Assembly (NCBI GenBank): GCA_963836075.1
Contig: CAWIIB010000009.1
Span: 3,072,001 to 3,136,000, forward strand
Source: an uncultured Acidobacteriota bacterium
GTDB lineage: Bacteria; Acidobacteriota; JAQAZP01
Direction of reading: 5' to 3'
DNA length: 64,000 nt
This document shows, piece after piece, positions 43,201 through 53,330 of this stretch (positions are counted from its first letter, which is position 1; each line of letters opens with the position of its first letter). The position numbers and the translations under genes were made by a program. The notes beneath the pieces are model-generated. The model made no database searches. It saw only the letters and a program-made list of their open reading frames with translations, and was not told the DNA's origin.

Positions 43201-46122
43201 TCAGGTGCCGGTGCGGACGTCCAGGCGGCAGCGCATCCGCTCGCCGCTTGCGGCGGCGGCCGGTACCGGCTCCGTGACCTCGATGCGCCCGGAATCTACG
43301 CCGGCCGTGTCAACCAGGTAAGAGCGTACCGCCTGGCCCCGGGCCTCACCCAGGGCCCGCAAGGCATCCTGATCCACCACCTGTGAAGCCACCAGTGCGG
43401 CTCGGAGGTCTCGCCGGTAAGCCTCTTCGTCGAGCCGGGGTTCGACGGCTGCCTCGCCCTGGGTCAGGTGGGGCGCCCGCAGCGCCGCCAGTTCCTCGTC
43501 GGTGTGGCCCTCCCTGAAAAGCGATTCCAGCAGTTCCAGGGTTTCCGGCCGCTCTGCCAGCAGCGCGTTGAACTTCGCCTCCCGCAGCGGGACCGGGTCC
43601 GATTCACCATCCCAGACACCTTCCACCAGCAGGATCAGCGAGGGGCGCTGTTCCAGCCCCGAGGCCAGGATCTTCAGCCGGTCAATGGCCGCGACATCGA
43701 GCCGGCTGCCGCCGGCCTCGAACTCGACGAAACCGAGGTCCTCCTCTCCTGACCCGCCTCCGAGTTTGCCCAGCAGGCTGAACGGGGCACTGACGATATT
43801 GCCGATGATCGTTTTTGTGGCCTGGCCCACAGCCGAGCCGATGCCGAAGCCCGGATCGTCCAGACTGCCGCTGACCGGGACCTCGAGGGTGATCAGACCT
43901 TCGCTGTCGGTGAGCAGGGAGACTCCCAGAGCGATGGGCAGGTCCAATTTGCCCTGGCCTTCGACTTTCTCCCCCAGCGTGAGGTTTTTGGTCACCACCT
44001 GGTTGTCGCCTTCGAGGTTCGCGTCAGTGATCCGGTAGTCCAGGTCGAGGTCGGCGCGCCCCATGTCGAGGGGGTAGCCGATGAAGAGAACCGACATCGG
44101 CGACATGGGCGGCAGGTTGGTCCGCCGGACGTCGATGGAGATGTCGGTGGCCCGGGTCGGGTCGAAGAGGTCCATCTCTCCCTTGAGCTCCACCGCTCCA
44201 CCCGATTCCACCGAGCCCTCGATCTCCAGGCTGGCCCTGCTCCCGGCGGTGGAGGATACCCCCGTTACCCGTCCGTTCACCGCCTGGAGCGCGAGAGTGA
44301 ACGGCGGGGTCAGGGTGCGGTCGGTATACGCTGCGGTGCAGTCGTGCAGGTTGATCTCCGCGATCTCGATCGGGGGCATCTCATCGGAGCCTGGGGCCTG
44401 ATCTGTCGTCTGTGCCCCGGCCTCCTGTCCCCCGGTCTGTTCTGCCAGGGCGGCCACCAACTCCAGCAGGTTGACCCTGCCGTCCTCCAATATCAGGCCA
44501 TCGATCCTGGCGCCATGGATATCGACGGTGTCCACCGCCAGGGAGATCGGCCCGTAAGCAGCTTCCATGCCTCCGGCCTTCACCAGGTCCCACCGTGTGA
44601 GCCGGGAGCCGGCCGCGGTCTCCTCGAGCCCGAACTGCTCTACCGCCAGTTGGCCGGTCACCTGGGCCAGCGGTCCCTCCCCGCCGGGGGAGAGGATGCC
44701 CTTGACGGAGGAAGACATGGTTCCCGAAAGAAGCCGGACCGGAGCGAACCGGGCGACGTAGGGCTGGGCGCGGGAGATGTCGAGATCGTTGACGTTCACC
44801 TGGGCCTCAAGGTGCAGCGGCTCCATCTGGAAGAAGCCCTCGGCGTCGGTGGGCGATTCACCGAACAGCTGGACCGAGCCTGACAAACCCCATTCCCTTT
44901 CAGGTTCGGTGATCACGTCGGTGAGCACCAGGTTGGCCTCCTCCACCCACAACTCCACCGGCGGATCGAATGTGCGATCCTCATAGCGGGCGCTGGAAGA
45001 GATGATCTCGAAACGGTCGACGGAAGCGACCCAGGCTGCGGCTTCGGATACATCCTTGTAGACCTTTTTCACGTGTACACGGGTATCCTCGGGAATCAGC
45101 GACTGCCACGCGGGGGTACCGTCGGCCCCGAGCCAGCCCAGGGCCTTGGCCCCATCGACGGTTACCACCGCAGCCCCCACCCGGCCATCGGGCCAGAGGA
45201 AGTGGCCACCGGCAACGACGAGGGACGGCATCTCGAGGACATCGACCTCGGAATCACGGAGCTTTATCGCCAGTTCTTGCACCCGGCTGTCAAAATCAGT
45301 CACCGTGACGTGCAGGCCGTCAGCCTCTAGATGGGCTGAGTAGCTCAACTCCCCGGAGGCGGTTCCCGACACCACATCGAATTCGAACTTTTCCCGAATC
45401 GCTTCCCAGGGGTGGGCGAGAGAGATCCCTTCCAGGGCCGCCGTGCCGTTGATGCCGAACGGTTCCACCACCAGTTCGCCGGTCACGCGCAGCGTCCCCC
45501 CGCGCTCCAGGCTGATATTGAGTTCGTTGGTCCCCTTCCGGTTCGGGAGCGTGCTGATGTGGTGGAGTTCGAGTTTACCGGGGCCAATTTTTTCCAAAAC
45601 CGGTTCTTCCTGAGCCAGATCCTGGTATTCGGCCCTGATATCCTGGACCAGGATCTTGTACAGCAGCGCCCGGGGCAGGCCTCCCTCTTCTTCGTCCTTT
45701 TCAGGGGCCCGTTCCTCGATGTCCTCCAGCAGTTGGAGGATATTGAACGTGCCGTCCTCAAACCGGCGCAGCGCCACAAAGGGACTGGTGACCCGCAGTT
45801 CCTTCAGTGTCGCAGCCCAGCGGAAGATGCTGGAGAGCTGGGCGTTGGCGTAGAATTCCTCGAAGGAGACCATGGTCGAGTTCGGCCGGTCCGGCATGGA
45901 AAAGCCGCGAACGGTGAAGGTTAGGGCAAATGGGTTGCAGCGCACCTTTCCCACTGTCACCTCACGGCCCGTCAAATCGAAGACGGTGTCGACGATAAGT
46001 TTTTTTGCCACAGCCGGTACCACCAGGAACCCGGCAATGGTATAGATCAGGAACGCTGCCACGGCAGCACTCCGCAGGCTCACCAGCTTCCAGGCCTTGA
46101 ACCACTTGACCAGTCTGTCCAT
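43201..46122 (-). CDS. DUF748 domain (AsmA-like superfamily) protein with OmpA-like C-terminus
   Basis: YTIAGFLVVP, NPFAL, LPIALGVSLLTDSEG.I.LEVPVSGSLDDP.F, RP.L.L.VEG. Confidence 0.82.
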   Translation of the reverse strand: MDRLVKWFKAWKLVSLRSAAVAAFLIYTIAGFLVVPAVAKKLIVDTVFDLTGREVTVGKVRCNPFALTFTVRGFSMPDRPNSTMVSFEEFYANAQLSSIFRWAATLKELRVTSPFVALRRFEDGTFNILQLLEDIEERAPEKDEEEGGLPRALLYKILVQDIRAEYQDLAQEEPVLEKIGPGKLELHHISTLPNRKGTNELNISLERGGTLRVTGELVVEPFGINGTAALEGISLAHPWEAIREKFEFDVVSGTASGELSYSAHLEADGLHVTVTDFDSRVQELAIKLRDSEVDVLEMPSLVVAGGHFLWPDGRVGAAVVTVDGAKALGWLGADGTPAWQSLIPEDTRVHVKKVYKDVSEAAAWVASVDRFEIISSSARYEDRTFDPPVELWVEEANLVLTDVITEPEREWGLSGSVQLFGESPTDAEGFFQMEPLHLEAQVNVNDLDISRAQPYVARFAPVRLLSGTMSSSVKGILSPGGEGPLAQVTGQLAVEQFGLEETAAGSRLTRWDLVKAGGMEAAYGPISLAVDTVDIHGARIDGLILEDGRVNLLELVAALAEQTGGQEAGAQTTDQAPGSDEMPPIEIAEINLHDCTAAYTDRTLTPPFTLALQAVNGRVTGVSSTAGSRASLEIEGSVESGGAVELKGEMDLFDPTRATDISIDVRRTNLPPMSPMSVLFIGYPLDMGRADLDLDYRITDANLEGDNQVVTKNLTLGEKVEGQGKLDLPIALGVSLLTDSEGLITLEVPVSGSLDDPGFGIGSAVGQATKTIIGNIVSAPFSLLGKLGGGSGEEDLGFVEFEAGGSRLDVAAIDRLKILASGLEQRPSLILLVEGVWDGESDPVPLREAKFNALLAERPETLELLESLFREGHTDEELAALRAPHLTQGEAAVEPRLDEEAYRRDLRAALVASQVVDQDALRALGEARGQAVRSYLVDTAGVDSGRIEVTEPVPAAAASGERMRCRLDVRTGT

Positions 46123-46191
46123 AATTGTCCCCTCGGTTGAATCCGATATTCACATACTATCAAACCGGTCGAACCAGGGACAATAAATGGC

Positions 46192-46947
46192 ATGAACATT
46201 CTCATCGAGGCCTGTGTCAATTCGGTGGAGTCGGCCGTGGAGGCCCGGCACGGCGGCGTCCACCGGGTGGAACTCTGTGACAACCTCTATGACGGGGGCA
46301 CCACGCCCAGCCTCGGCGCCGTTCGCGCCGCACGCGGGAAATTGCCCGTCATCGGCCTCAATGTCATGATCCGGCCGCGGGGAGGGGACTTCTGTTACTC
46401 CCTCCTCGAACTGGAGATCATGAAAGCCGACCTGCTGGCCGCGGGGGAGGCGGGCGCCGACGGGGTGGTGTTCGGCATCCTCGACCGGCAGGGCGCCGTC
46501 CAGGAGCAGCAGTGCCGGGAACTGGTGGAGCTGGCCCGGCCGATGAGCGTCACCTTCCACCGCGCCTTTGACATGACCTTCGATCCCTTTGCCGCGCTGG
46601 AAACCCTCATCGGGCTTGGTGTCGACCGTATCCTGACCTCCGGCCAGCGGGCTTCAGCCCATGACGGAGCGAAACTGCTGGCCGAACTGGTGCAGCTGGC
46701 CGGCGACCGGATCGTCATCATGCCCGGTGTGGGAATCGACGAGACCAACATCTCCCCGCTCATCGAGGCCACCGGCGCTACGGAATACCACGTGCTGGCC
46801 GAGAAAAGGCTGCCCAGCCCGATGGTCTTCCGCAACGAAGAGGCTTTCATGGGATCGGATCCCCAGGTCTCCGAGTACGAGCGTCTCATCACCGACCGGG
46901 AGCGTATCCGGGCCATCTGTGACGCCGCGGCCGGAGGACGCCCCTGA
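46192..46947 (+). CDS. cutC: CutC family TIM-barrel protein
   Basis: IEACV, RVELCDNL..GGTTPS, MIRPRGGDFCY, TFHRAFD, RILTSG. Confidence 0.93.
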   Translation: MNILIEACVNSVESAVEARHGGVHRVELCDNLYDGGTTPSLGAVRAARGKLPVIGLNVMIRPRGGDFCYSLLELEIMKADLLAAGEAGADGVVFGILDRQGAVQEQQCRELVELARPMSVTFHRAFDMTFDPFAALETLIGLGVDRILTSGQRASAHDGAKLLAELVQLAGDRIVIMPGVGIDETNISPLIEATGATEYHVLAEKRLPSPMVFRNEEAFMGSDPQVSEYERLITDRERIRAICDAAAGGRP

Positions 46948-48374
46948 TGCGGATCGGGATCGGCGGGCTCAGTTGCGAGTGTTCCACCTTTTCCCCGCTG
47001 GCCACTGATGAGCATGACTTCACGGTCCTCGCCGGTGACGAGCTGCTCAAGCAGTACGGGTTCCTCGCTGATTTCCCCGATCTGCAGTTTATTCCCCTGT
47101 TGCGGGCCAGGGCCCTCCCCGGCGGCCGCATCGATCGATGTTTTTACGACGATTTCCTCCACGACCTGCTGGGCGAGGTTCACCGGCAGGAACCGCTGGA
47201 CGGCCTCCTGCTGCCGATGCACGGCGCGGCCAGCGTCTTCGGACTGGAGGACGCCGAGGCGCACTTCTTCACCTCGATCCGGCAGGCGGTGGGACCCGGC
47301 TGTCTCATCTCGGCCAGCTACGACCTGCACGGGAATCTCTCCCCCGGGGCGCTGGCCAACCTCGACCTGCTCACCGCCTACCGCACCGCGCCCCATGACG
47401 ACTGGTACGAGACCGTCCAGCGGGCCTGCCGGTTGCTGGTGCAGTGCCTGGATCGCAGGGAGACGCCGGTGAAAGCCCACATCCCTGTCCCGATCCTCCT
47501 GCCCGGGGAGATGACCGGCACCGGCTGGGAGCCGGCGGCCGGCCTCTACCGTATGATCCCCCAGGTCATCGAACAGTTCGGCCTCCTCGACGCCTCGATC
47601 CTGGTGGGCTACCCCTGGGCCGACGAGCCCCGGGCTTCCGCATCGGTAGTGACCCTCGGGGCAGATCCTGGACAGGTGCGCCGGGCGGCACAGGCCCTGG
47701 CCCAGCGGTTCTGGGACCTGCGCCGCGAGTTCAGGTTCGGGGTCTTCGCCGGGCCGGTGGACCGGTGCATCGCAAAAGCCCTGGCCGAACCCGGGGCCCC
47801 GGTATTTATCAGTGACTCGGGGGACAACCCCACCGCCGGCGGGGCAGGGGATATCCCCTATGCCCTGGGGCGAATGCTGGAGCTGGGTATCGACGACGTG
47901 CTCTATGCCGGCATCGCCGACCCGGCGGCGGTGGCCGCCAGTGAACAGGCCGGTCAGGGGGAACTGGTGGCGCTGGAACTGGGCGGCAAGCTGGACCCGG
48001 TGAACGGTTCACCACTGCAGGTCACCGGCCGGGTGGTCAGCCTCCACGACACCGTTCTTCAGCCATCCGGCCGGGAGAACAGGATGGCGCTGGTGCAGTG
48101 CGGGGGTGTGCGGGTGATCATCACCGAACAGAGGACCCCGTTCCACCACCGCGAGCAGTTCCTGGAACTGAACCTCGACCCCGAAGCATTCAAGATCGTG
48201 ATGGTGAAAATCGGCTACCTGGTGCCCGAGCTGCAGGCGATGGCTGCACTGTCCCTCCTTGCCCTGACCCCCGGCGCGGTGGACCAGAACTTCACCGGCC
48301 TGCCTTTCCGCAGGCTCAAGCGCCCGCTCTACCCCTTTGACCCGGACATGGAATGGATGGGGACAGCTACCTGA
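46947..48374 (+). CDS. M81 family metallopeptidase (MlrC-like)
   Basis: ECSTFSP, MHGA, DLHGN, YRTAPH.D, DSGDNPTAGG. Confidence 0.9.
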   Translation: MRIGIGGLSCECSTFSPLATDEHDFTVLAGDELLKQYGFLADFPDLQFIPLLRARALPGGRIDRCFYDDFLHDLLGEVHRQEPLDGLLLPMHGAASVFGLEDAEAHFFTSIRQAVGPGCLISASYDLHGNLSPGALANLDLLTAYRTAPHDDWYETVQRACRLLVQCLDRRETPVKAHIPVPILLPGEMTGTGWEPAAGLYRMIPQVIEQFGLLDASILVGYPWADEPRASASVVTLGADPGQVRRAAQALAQRFWDLRREFRFGVFAGPVDRCIAKALAEPGAPVFISDSGDNPTAGGAGDIPYALGRMLELGIDDVLYAGIADPAAVAASEQAGQGELVALELGGKLDPVNGSPLQVTGRVVSLHDTVLQPSGRENRMALVQCGGVRVIITEQRTPFHHREQFLELNLDPEAFKIVMVKIGYLVPELQAMAALSLLALTPGAVDQNFTGLPFRRLKRPLYPFDPDMEWMGTAT

Positions 48375-48441
48375 TGAAATAAGCGGCTGGATATCAAGCG
48401 GTTAGCAATTCAAGGGACAGCTACCACCAAGGATCTGAAAC

Positions 48442-50169
48442 GTGTCGACACTGGACTGGACCATCGTCATCGGCTACCTCTTCCTGGCCCTCGGCCTGGG
48501 GCTCTACCACATGCGCGCGGCCACCAGGGGGATGGAGAACTACTTCCTTTCCGGCCGCAAGGCCTCCTGGTGGCTGCTGGGTACCAGCATGGCCGCCACC
48601 TCCTTTGCCGCCGACACACCGCTGGCGGTGAGCGGCTTCATCATCAAGAGCGGCATCTCCTGGAACTGGTACTGGTGGTCTTCGGCCATGGCCGGCATGG
48701 TGGCGCTCTACTTCTTCTCCCGCCTCTGGCGGCGCAGCCGACTGCTCACCGACGCCGAGTTCATCGAACTGCGCTACAGCGGCCGGCCGGCCCGCATCCT
48801 CCGGGCCTACCTCTCGATCCACTCCGGGGTGCTCTGCAACTGCATCGTCATCGGCTGGGTCAACCTGGCGATGGTCAAGGTACTGGCCAACACCATCGAG
48901 ATCGATGAAACGGTGGCGCTTTACTTCTGTTTCGGCTTCAGCCTGGTCTACACCATGATGGCGGGGCTGCGGGGCGTGATGGCCACCGACTTCATCCAGT
49001 TTTTCATCGCCATGTTCGGCAGCATCTATCTTGCCGTGGTGGCGGTGCAGGGCGTGGGCGGCCTGAGTCAGTTGCACACCAGGCTGATCGAAGTCCACGG
49101 CGCCGCACGGGCCGCGGAGATCACCGCCTTCTTCCCCGGCTCCGGCTCCCAGCTCTTCGTGCCGGTGATGGCTTTCATTTTCTTCCAGTGGTGGGCGGCG
49201 GCCAACCCGGCCGGCGGGGGAGGGAGCACCGGCCACCTGGTGCAGCGGATGCTCAGCGCCAAAAACGAGAAGCACGCCTTCTTCGGCGTGCTGTGGTACA
49301 ACATCGCCCAGTACTGTCTCCGCTCCTGGCCCTGGATCATGGCCGGTCTCTGCGCGGCCATCCTCTACCCGGCCATCGAAGACCCCGAGATCGGCTACAT
49401 TCTGCTGATGAACCGCTTCCTGCCCTCGGGCATGCTGGGCCTGGTGGTGGCCTCCTTTTTCGCCGCCTACATGTCCACCATCGACACCCACCTCAACTGG
49501 GGCGCCTCCTACCTGGTCAACGACATCTACAAGCGCTTCATCAGACCCGACGCCACGCCCCGGCAGTGCATCGTTGCCGCCATGGTGATGACCGTGGCCC
49601 TGGCCATTCTCGGCATGCTGGTGACCACGGTGATGTCCTCCATCCGCGACGGCTGGTACATCATCACCTCCATCGGCGGGGGCGTGTCGATCATCTACGT
49701 CCTGCGCTGGTACTGGTGGCGGATCAACGCCTGGACCGAGATCGCGGCGATGATCTCGGCCCTGGCCTGCACCATCTACTTCAGGATGGGGCTGGGCTAC
49801 GACTACCCCCAGGTGCTCTTCTGGGTGGTGCCGATCAGTGTCGCTTTTGCCCTGGTCGCCACTTTCCTCACCCGGCCAGTGGACCGGGAACACCTCATCG
49901 CCTTCTACCGCAAGATCAGGCCCGGCGGCCGGCTCTGGCGGCCCATCGCCCGTATGGTCCCCGGCGCCGACAAAGACCCCGGCCCGAAAAAAGCGCTCCC
50001 CGCCTTTGTCCTCTCCATCATCGCCATCTACTGCGCCCTCTTCGGCGTGGGCAAGCTGCTGCTGGGACCTCAGTGGCTGGGAGGGTTGCTGCTCGCAGTA
50101 TGTGTCATCTGCGCCGCGCTGGTCTGGCGCCATGTGGCCGGGCTGAAGTGGGGGGAGGGGACAGCGTAA
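48442..50169 (+). CDS. Sodium:solute symporter family protein
   Basis: YFLSGR..WW..GTSMAATSFAADTPL, QRMLSAK.E, AAYMSTIDTHLNWGASY. Confidence 0.92.
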   Translation: MSTLDWTIVIGYLFLALGLGLYHMRAATRGMENYFLSGRKASWWLLGTSMAATSFAADTPLAVSGFIIKSGISWNWYWWSSAMAGMVALYFFSRLWRRSRLLTDAEFIELRYSGRPARILRAYLSIHSGVLCNCIVIGWVNLAMVKVLANTIEIDETVALYFCFGFSLVYTMMAGLRGVMATDFIQFFIAMFGSIYLAVVAVQGVGGLSQLHTRLIEVHGAARAAEITAFFPGSGSQLFVPVMAFIFFQWWAAANPAGGGGSTGHLVQRMLSAKNEKHAFFGVLWYNIAQYCLRSWPWIMAGLCAAILYPAIEDPEIGYILLMNRFLPSGMLGLVVASFFAAYMSTIDTHLNWGASYLVNDIYKRFIRPDATPRQCIVAAMVMTVALAILGMLVTTVMSSIRDGWYIITSIGGGVSIIYVLRWYWWRINAWTEIAAMISALACTIYFRMGLGYDYPQVLFWVVPISVAFALVATFLTRPVDREHLIAFYRKIRPGGRLWRPIARMVPGADKDPGPKKALPAFVLSIIAIYCALFGVGKLLLGPQWLGGLLLAVCVICAALVWRHVAGLKWGEGTA

Positions 50170-50232
50170 GGGGGATTTCGGTCATTTCAATTGTATTGTG
50201 GGGAAGTTACGAGTTCGATTATACTTAACACC

Positions 50233-50532
50233 ATGAACCGCAACGATATTATCGATCGTTTAAAGGCCCGAGTGCCGGATCTCCGCAAGCGATTCGGAGT
50301 GAATCGGATAGGTCTCTTCGGATCAGCCCTGACAGACACGTTTTCAGATCAAAGCGATATCGACCTCATCGTCGAGTTCGAGCGCCCCATCGGTTTCGCA
50401 TTCTTCGATCTCGTAGAATATCTTGAAGATATTCTCGGAAGAAGGGTAGATATCCTTACCCCCGATGGGGTCGGTTCGATCCGTATCCCGGAGATCGCTG
50501 AATCTATCAGGAAGAGTACCGTTTATGTCTGA
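50233..50532 (+). CDS. Minimal nucleotidyltransferase (MNT) antitoxin
   Basis: LFGS...SDIDLIVEF...LGRRVD. Confidence 0.9.
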   Translation: MNRNDIIDRLKARVPDLRKRFGVNRIGLFGSALTDTFSDQSDIDLIVEFERPIGFAFFDLVEYLEDILGRRVDILTPDGVGSIRIPEIAESIRKSTVYV

Positions 50533-50866
50533 ACGAGCGCCAGAAACTCTGCTGCAGGACATACTCGAGGCTATCCGGCGGGTTGGTGAATACTCCAAGG
50601 GATTGGAGTATGACCAGTTCGTTGCCGACACAAGGACCCAGGATGCCGTCATCCGCAATCTCGAAATCATCGGCGAAGCTACAAAAAAGATCCCGGATGA
50701 AGTGAAGGCCCGTCTTGTGGAAATACCCTGGCACCGGATAGCGGGCACCCGGGACCGACTGATTCACGACTACTTCGGCGTAAACCTGGAAATCGTCTGG
50801 AACATCATCCAGGAAGAACTGCCTGCCCTGTCCCCCCGACTCAAGAGTTTTCTCGAGTCCGAATAA
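50525..50866 (+). CDS. HEPN/DUF86 (HepT-like) ribonuclease toxin
   Basis: [30 protein letters not shown] (R-x4-H); overlaps the MNT gene. Confidence 0.9.
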   Translation: MSERAPETLLQDILEAIRRVGEYSKGLEYDQFVADTRTQDAVIRNLEIIGEATKKIPDEVKARLVEIPWHRIAGTRDRLIHDYFGVNLEIVWNIIQEELPALSPRLKSFLESE

Positions 50867-50915
50867 CTCACTGATCAGGGGCTGGGGATGCGAATTGTGC
50901 ATCGACTGAACAACG

Positions 50916-50945
50916 GCCCCTCTTCCCGAGGGGCTTTTGCTTTTT
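50916..50945 (+). terminator. Rho-independent terminator after the toxin-antitoxin pair
   Basis: Stem gcccctc / gaggggc followed by a T-rich tract. Confidence 0.65.
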
Positions 50946-51015
50946 CTATTACCAGTTGTTGGTCTGGCGATATGCGGCCGGGCTCAAGTGGGGTGAGGCT
51001 CGAAACCGGCTCACT

Positions 51016-52959
51016 TCACGGCAGCTCGGTGGAATAGATACTGCCGCCGGCCATGCCGGCATGGATGCTCCCCGGGCTGCTTCCCTCGATGGCCAGGCAC
51101 CGGACATCGGTGATCGGCAGATCGTGGTTCATCGCCGCCCAGGTCGTCCCCCCGTCGCTGCTGCGGAACACGCCGTGGAAGGCGCCGGCAAAGACCTGGC
51201 CGTCGCGGGACGAGACCACCACGGCATTAACCTCATCGTCCTCCAGGCCGCTGGTCACCCGGCTCCAGCTGCCGCCGCCGTCCGTGCTGCGATAGAGGCC
51301 CTTTTCCGTGGCGGCGAACATGCGCGCCGGGGTCGTGGGGTCGATGGCCAACTGCTTGATCTCGTCATCGGGCAGCCCGGATCCGATCTTGCTCCAGCTC
51401 TCCCCGCCATTGGTGGTGCGGTAGAGGCCGTTCTTCTCCACCAGCGCAATAACGGTGCCCGATTGGTCAGACCAGAGCATGCTCACCGCCGCGATGGGCA
51501 GGCCGGTGCCGGACGGGAGCCACTTCTTGCCGTCATTGGTGGTCTTGAACACCGCCGTTCCCGGGTCCCGGTTGGACCGGGAGCCGGCATAGAAGGTCTT
51601 CGGGTCGGCCGGGTCCTGAACCACGCTGTTGAACTGGACCGTGGACATTTTGCCCTGCATCATCGCTTTCATGCCGGGCTGCTTGACCTCGAACTCGGTC
51701 CAACTTGATCCCCCATCCCTGGAGCGCCAGAAACCGGAGCCGTCGAAACCATACACCGTGCCGGCTGCGGTGCGGTCGAAGAAGATACTGTTTGCTCCCG
51801 GCGACCAGCGGTCAGCGAATGGAGGTTTGATCTTTGTCCACCCACCCGACCCATCCCGGCGAAACAGGCCCACCCCCATCTGGGCAAAGGTTAGTCCAGG
51901 CTGACGCGGTGAAGCATAGATCTGTTTGGACCAGCCGCCGGTAAAACCCTCATTGGAGGCTATCCAGTGTGCGCCGCCGTCCGTGCTGCGGAAGAAACCG
52001 TTTCCGGGACAACCGGCATAGAGCGTGCCGGGACGCTGCGGATCAAAGACCAGGTCGTGGCAGAAGTAGCCTTCAATGGTGCGGACCACCCTGGTCCATT
52101 TCACACCACCGTCCGTGCTCTTCATCAGCCCTTCTTCGGTAGCGGCAAACAGCACCTTGCTGTCCCTCGGGTCCATCACCAGCCGGAACAGTTCACTGGT
52201 CCCCTGCAGCTCCAGTCCCAGCCTGCTCCAGGTGTCACCCGAGTTTGTGCTCTTGTACAGCTCACCGAAACTGACGACAGCGTAGATGGTGGATGGTGAC
52301 GAGTGATCCACCAGCAGTGACTTGATGCTCTTGGCCGGCAGTCCATCCCCGGTCTGGGTCCAGGTTTTTCCGCCGTCCTCGCTGCGGCTGAAGTGCTTCT
52401 CCGATCCCCTCCCTCCGGCAAAGACGATCTGCGGATTCTCCGGGTGGATGGCGAAGGTGTAGACATCCTGACCATCTACACGGAATTCGGTCCAGCTCTT
52501 CCCCCCGTCGCTGCTGCGGTAGTGCAGGTTGGTGGTGGGAAGGAAGATGACCTCCGGCTGGGACGGAGCAATAACCAACTGGCGGTCCAGCGACCTGATC
52601 GGCACCACCTTCCAGCTCTTTCCCCGGTCCGTGGATTGCCAGAGCCCCGGCCCGCCCGATTTTTTCACCCCCGCCCAGACGATGGAGGGGTTTGCCCGGT
52701 CCACCTCAACCCAGAACACTTTTCGACTGGTCAACTCATCGCCCGGCAGGGTCCAGGTGAGGCCCCGGTCATCACTGCGCCACACGCCGGCATAGGAAGT
52801 GGCGATGTAGATGGTATCAGGCCGGGCCGGGTCGATGGCCACGCAGTTTATCTGGCCGCAGAACGGCCCCTCGCTCCGCCAACCGGCCTGGGTGATGCCA
52901 CCGACCGTGAGCAGGATAAGAACAGACACAAACACGGTCTTCACTCGAAATGAATTCAT
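51016..52959 (-). CDS. Secreted BNR/Asp-box (VPS10/sortilin-like) beta-propeller protein
   Basis: Signal peptide and many S-x-D-G-G-x-x-W repeats. Confidence 0.85.
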   Translation of the reverse strand: MNSFRVKTVFVSVLILLTVGGITQAGWRSEGPFCGQINCVAIDPARPDTIYIATSYAGVWRSDDRGLTWTLPGDELTSRKVFWVEVDRANPSIVWAGVKKSGGPGLWQSTDRGKSWKVVPIRSLDRQLVIAPSQPEVIFLPTTNLHYRSSDGGKSWTEFRVDGQDVYTFAIHPENPQIVFAGGRGSEKHFSRSEDGGKTWTQTGDGLPAKSIKSLLVDHSSPSTIYAVVSFGELYKSTNSGDTWSRLGLELQGTSELFRLVMDPRDSKVLFAATEEGLMKSTDGGVKWTRVVRTIEGYFCHDLVFDPQRPGTLYAGCPGNGFFRSTDGGAHWIASNEGFTGGWSKQIYASPRQPGLTFAQMGVGLFRRDGSGGWTKIKPPFADRWSPGANSIFFDRTAAGTVYGFDGSGFWRSRDGGSSWTEFEVKQPGMKAMMQGKMSTVQFNSVVQDPADPKTFYAGSRSNRDPGTAVFKTTNDGKKWLPSGTGLPIAAVSMLWSDQSGTVIALVEKNGLYRTTNGGESWSKIGSGLPDDEIKQLAIDPTTPARMFAATEKGLYRSTDGGGSWSRVTSGLEDDEVNAVVVSSRDGQVFAGAFHGVFRSSDGGTTWAAMNHDLPITDVRCLAIEGSSPGSIHAGMAGGSIYSTELP

Positions 52960-53330
52960 GGGAGATCCTCCCGTTGAGTGTGTGACGTAGTTTGGCAATA
53001 GTCGGTTGCCAAAGCGACTGAATAAGTATTGTAGTTCAATATAGACGATGCCAGGCAAGGGAGAAGTCTGACTCGACTCGGTGGGGGCAGTGCGCCCTTT
53101 CCAACGTGAGACCCCATCGGTAGCCGTCAGTCTGGCAGCAGGTGCCCAACTCCATCACGCGAGGCACATCCGGCTGAATACTTGTCTTTCATTCCTCAAG
53201 CCGATCGCTATGCTCGTTACGAAAAATATATTCTAAATAGCCTTGACTTTATCTGTGCAGGCCATATCTATTCATGCACCGGCATTCCACAAATGCTTTT
53301 TGCTGCCTCTGGGGGATAAGGAGGTGAGCC

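Larger units (their letters stand above)
50120..50998 (+). mobile_element. 840-bp inserted cassette bounded by 39-bp imperfect direct repeats (50120-50158 and 50960-50998)
   Basis: The 3' end of the symporter gene is repeated (34/39 identical) after the lower-GC toxin-antitoxin pair. Confidence 0.6.
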
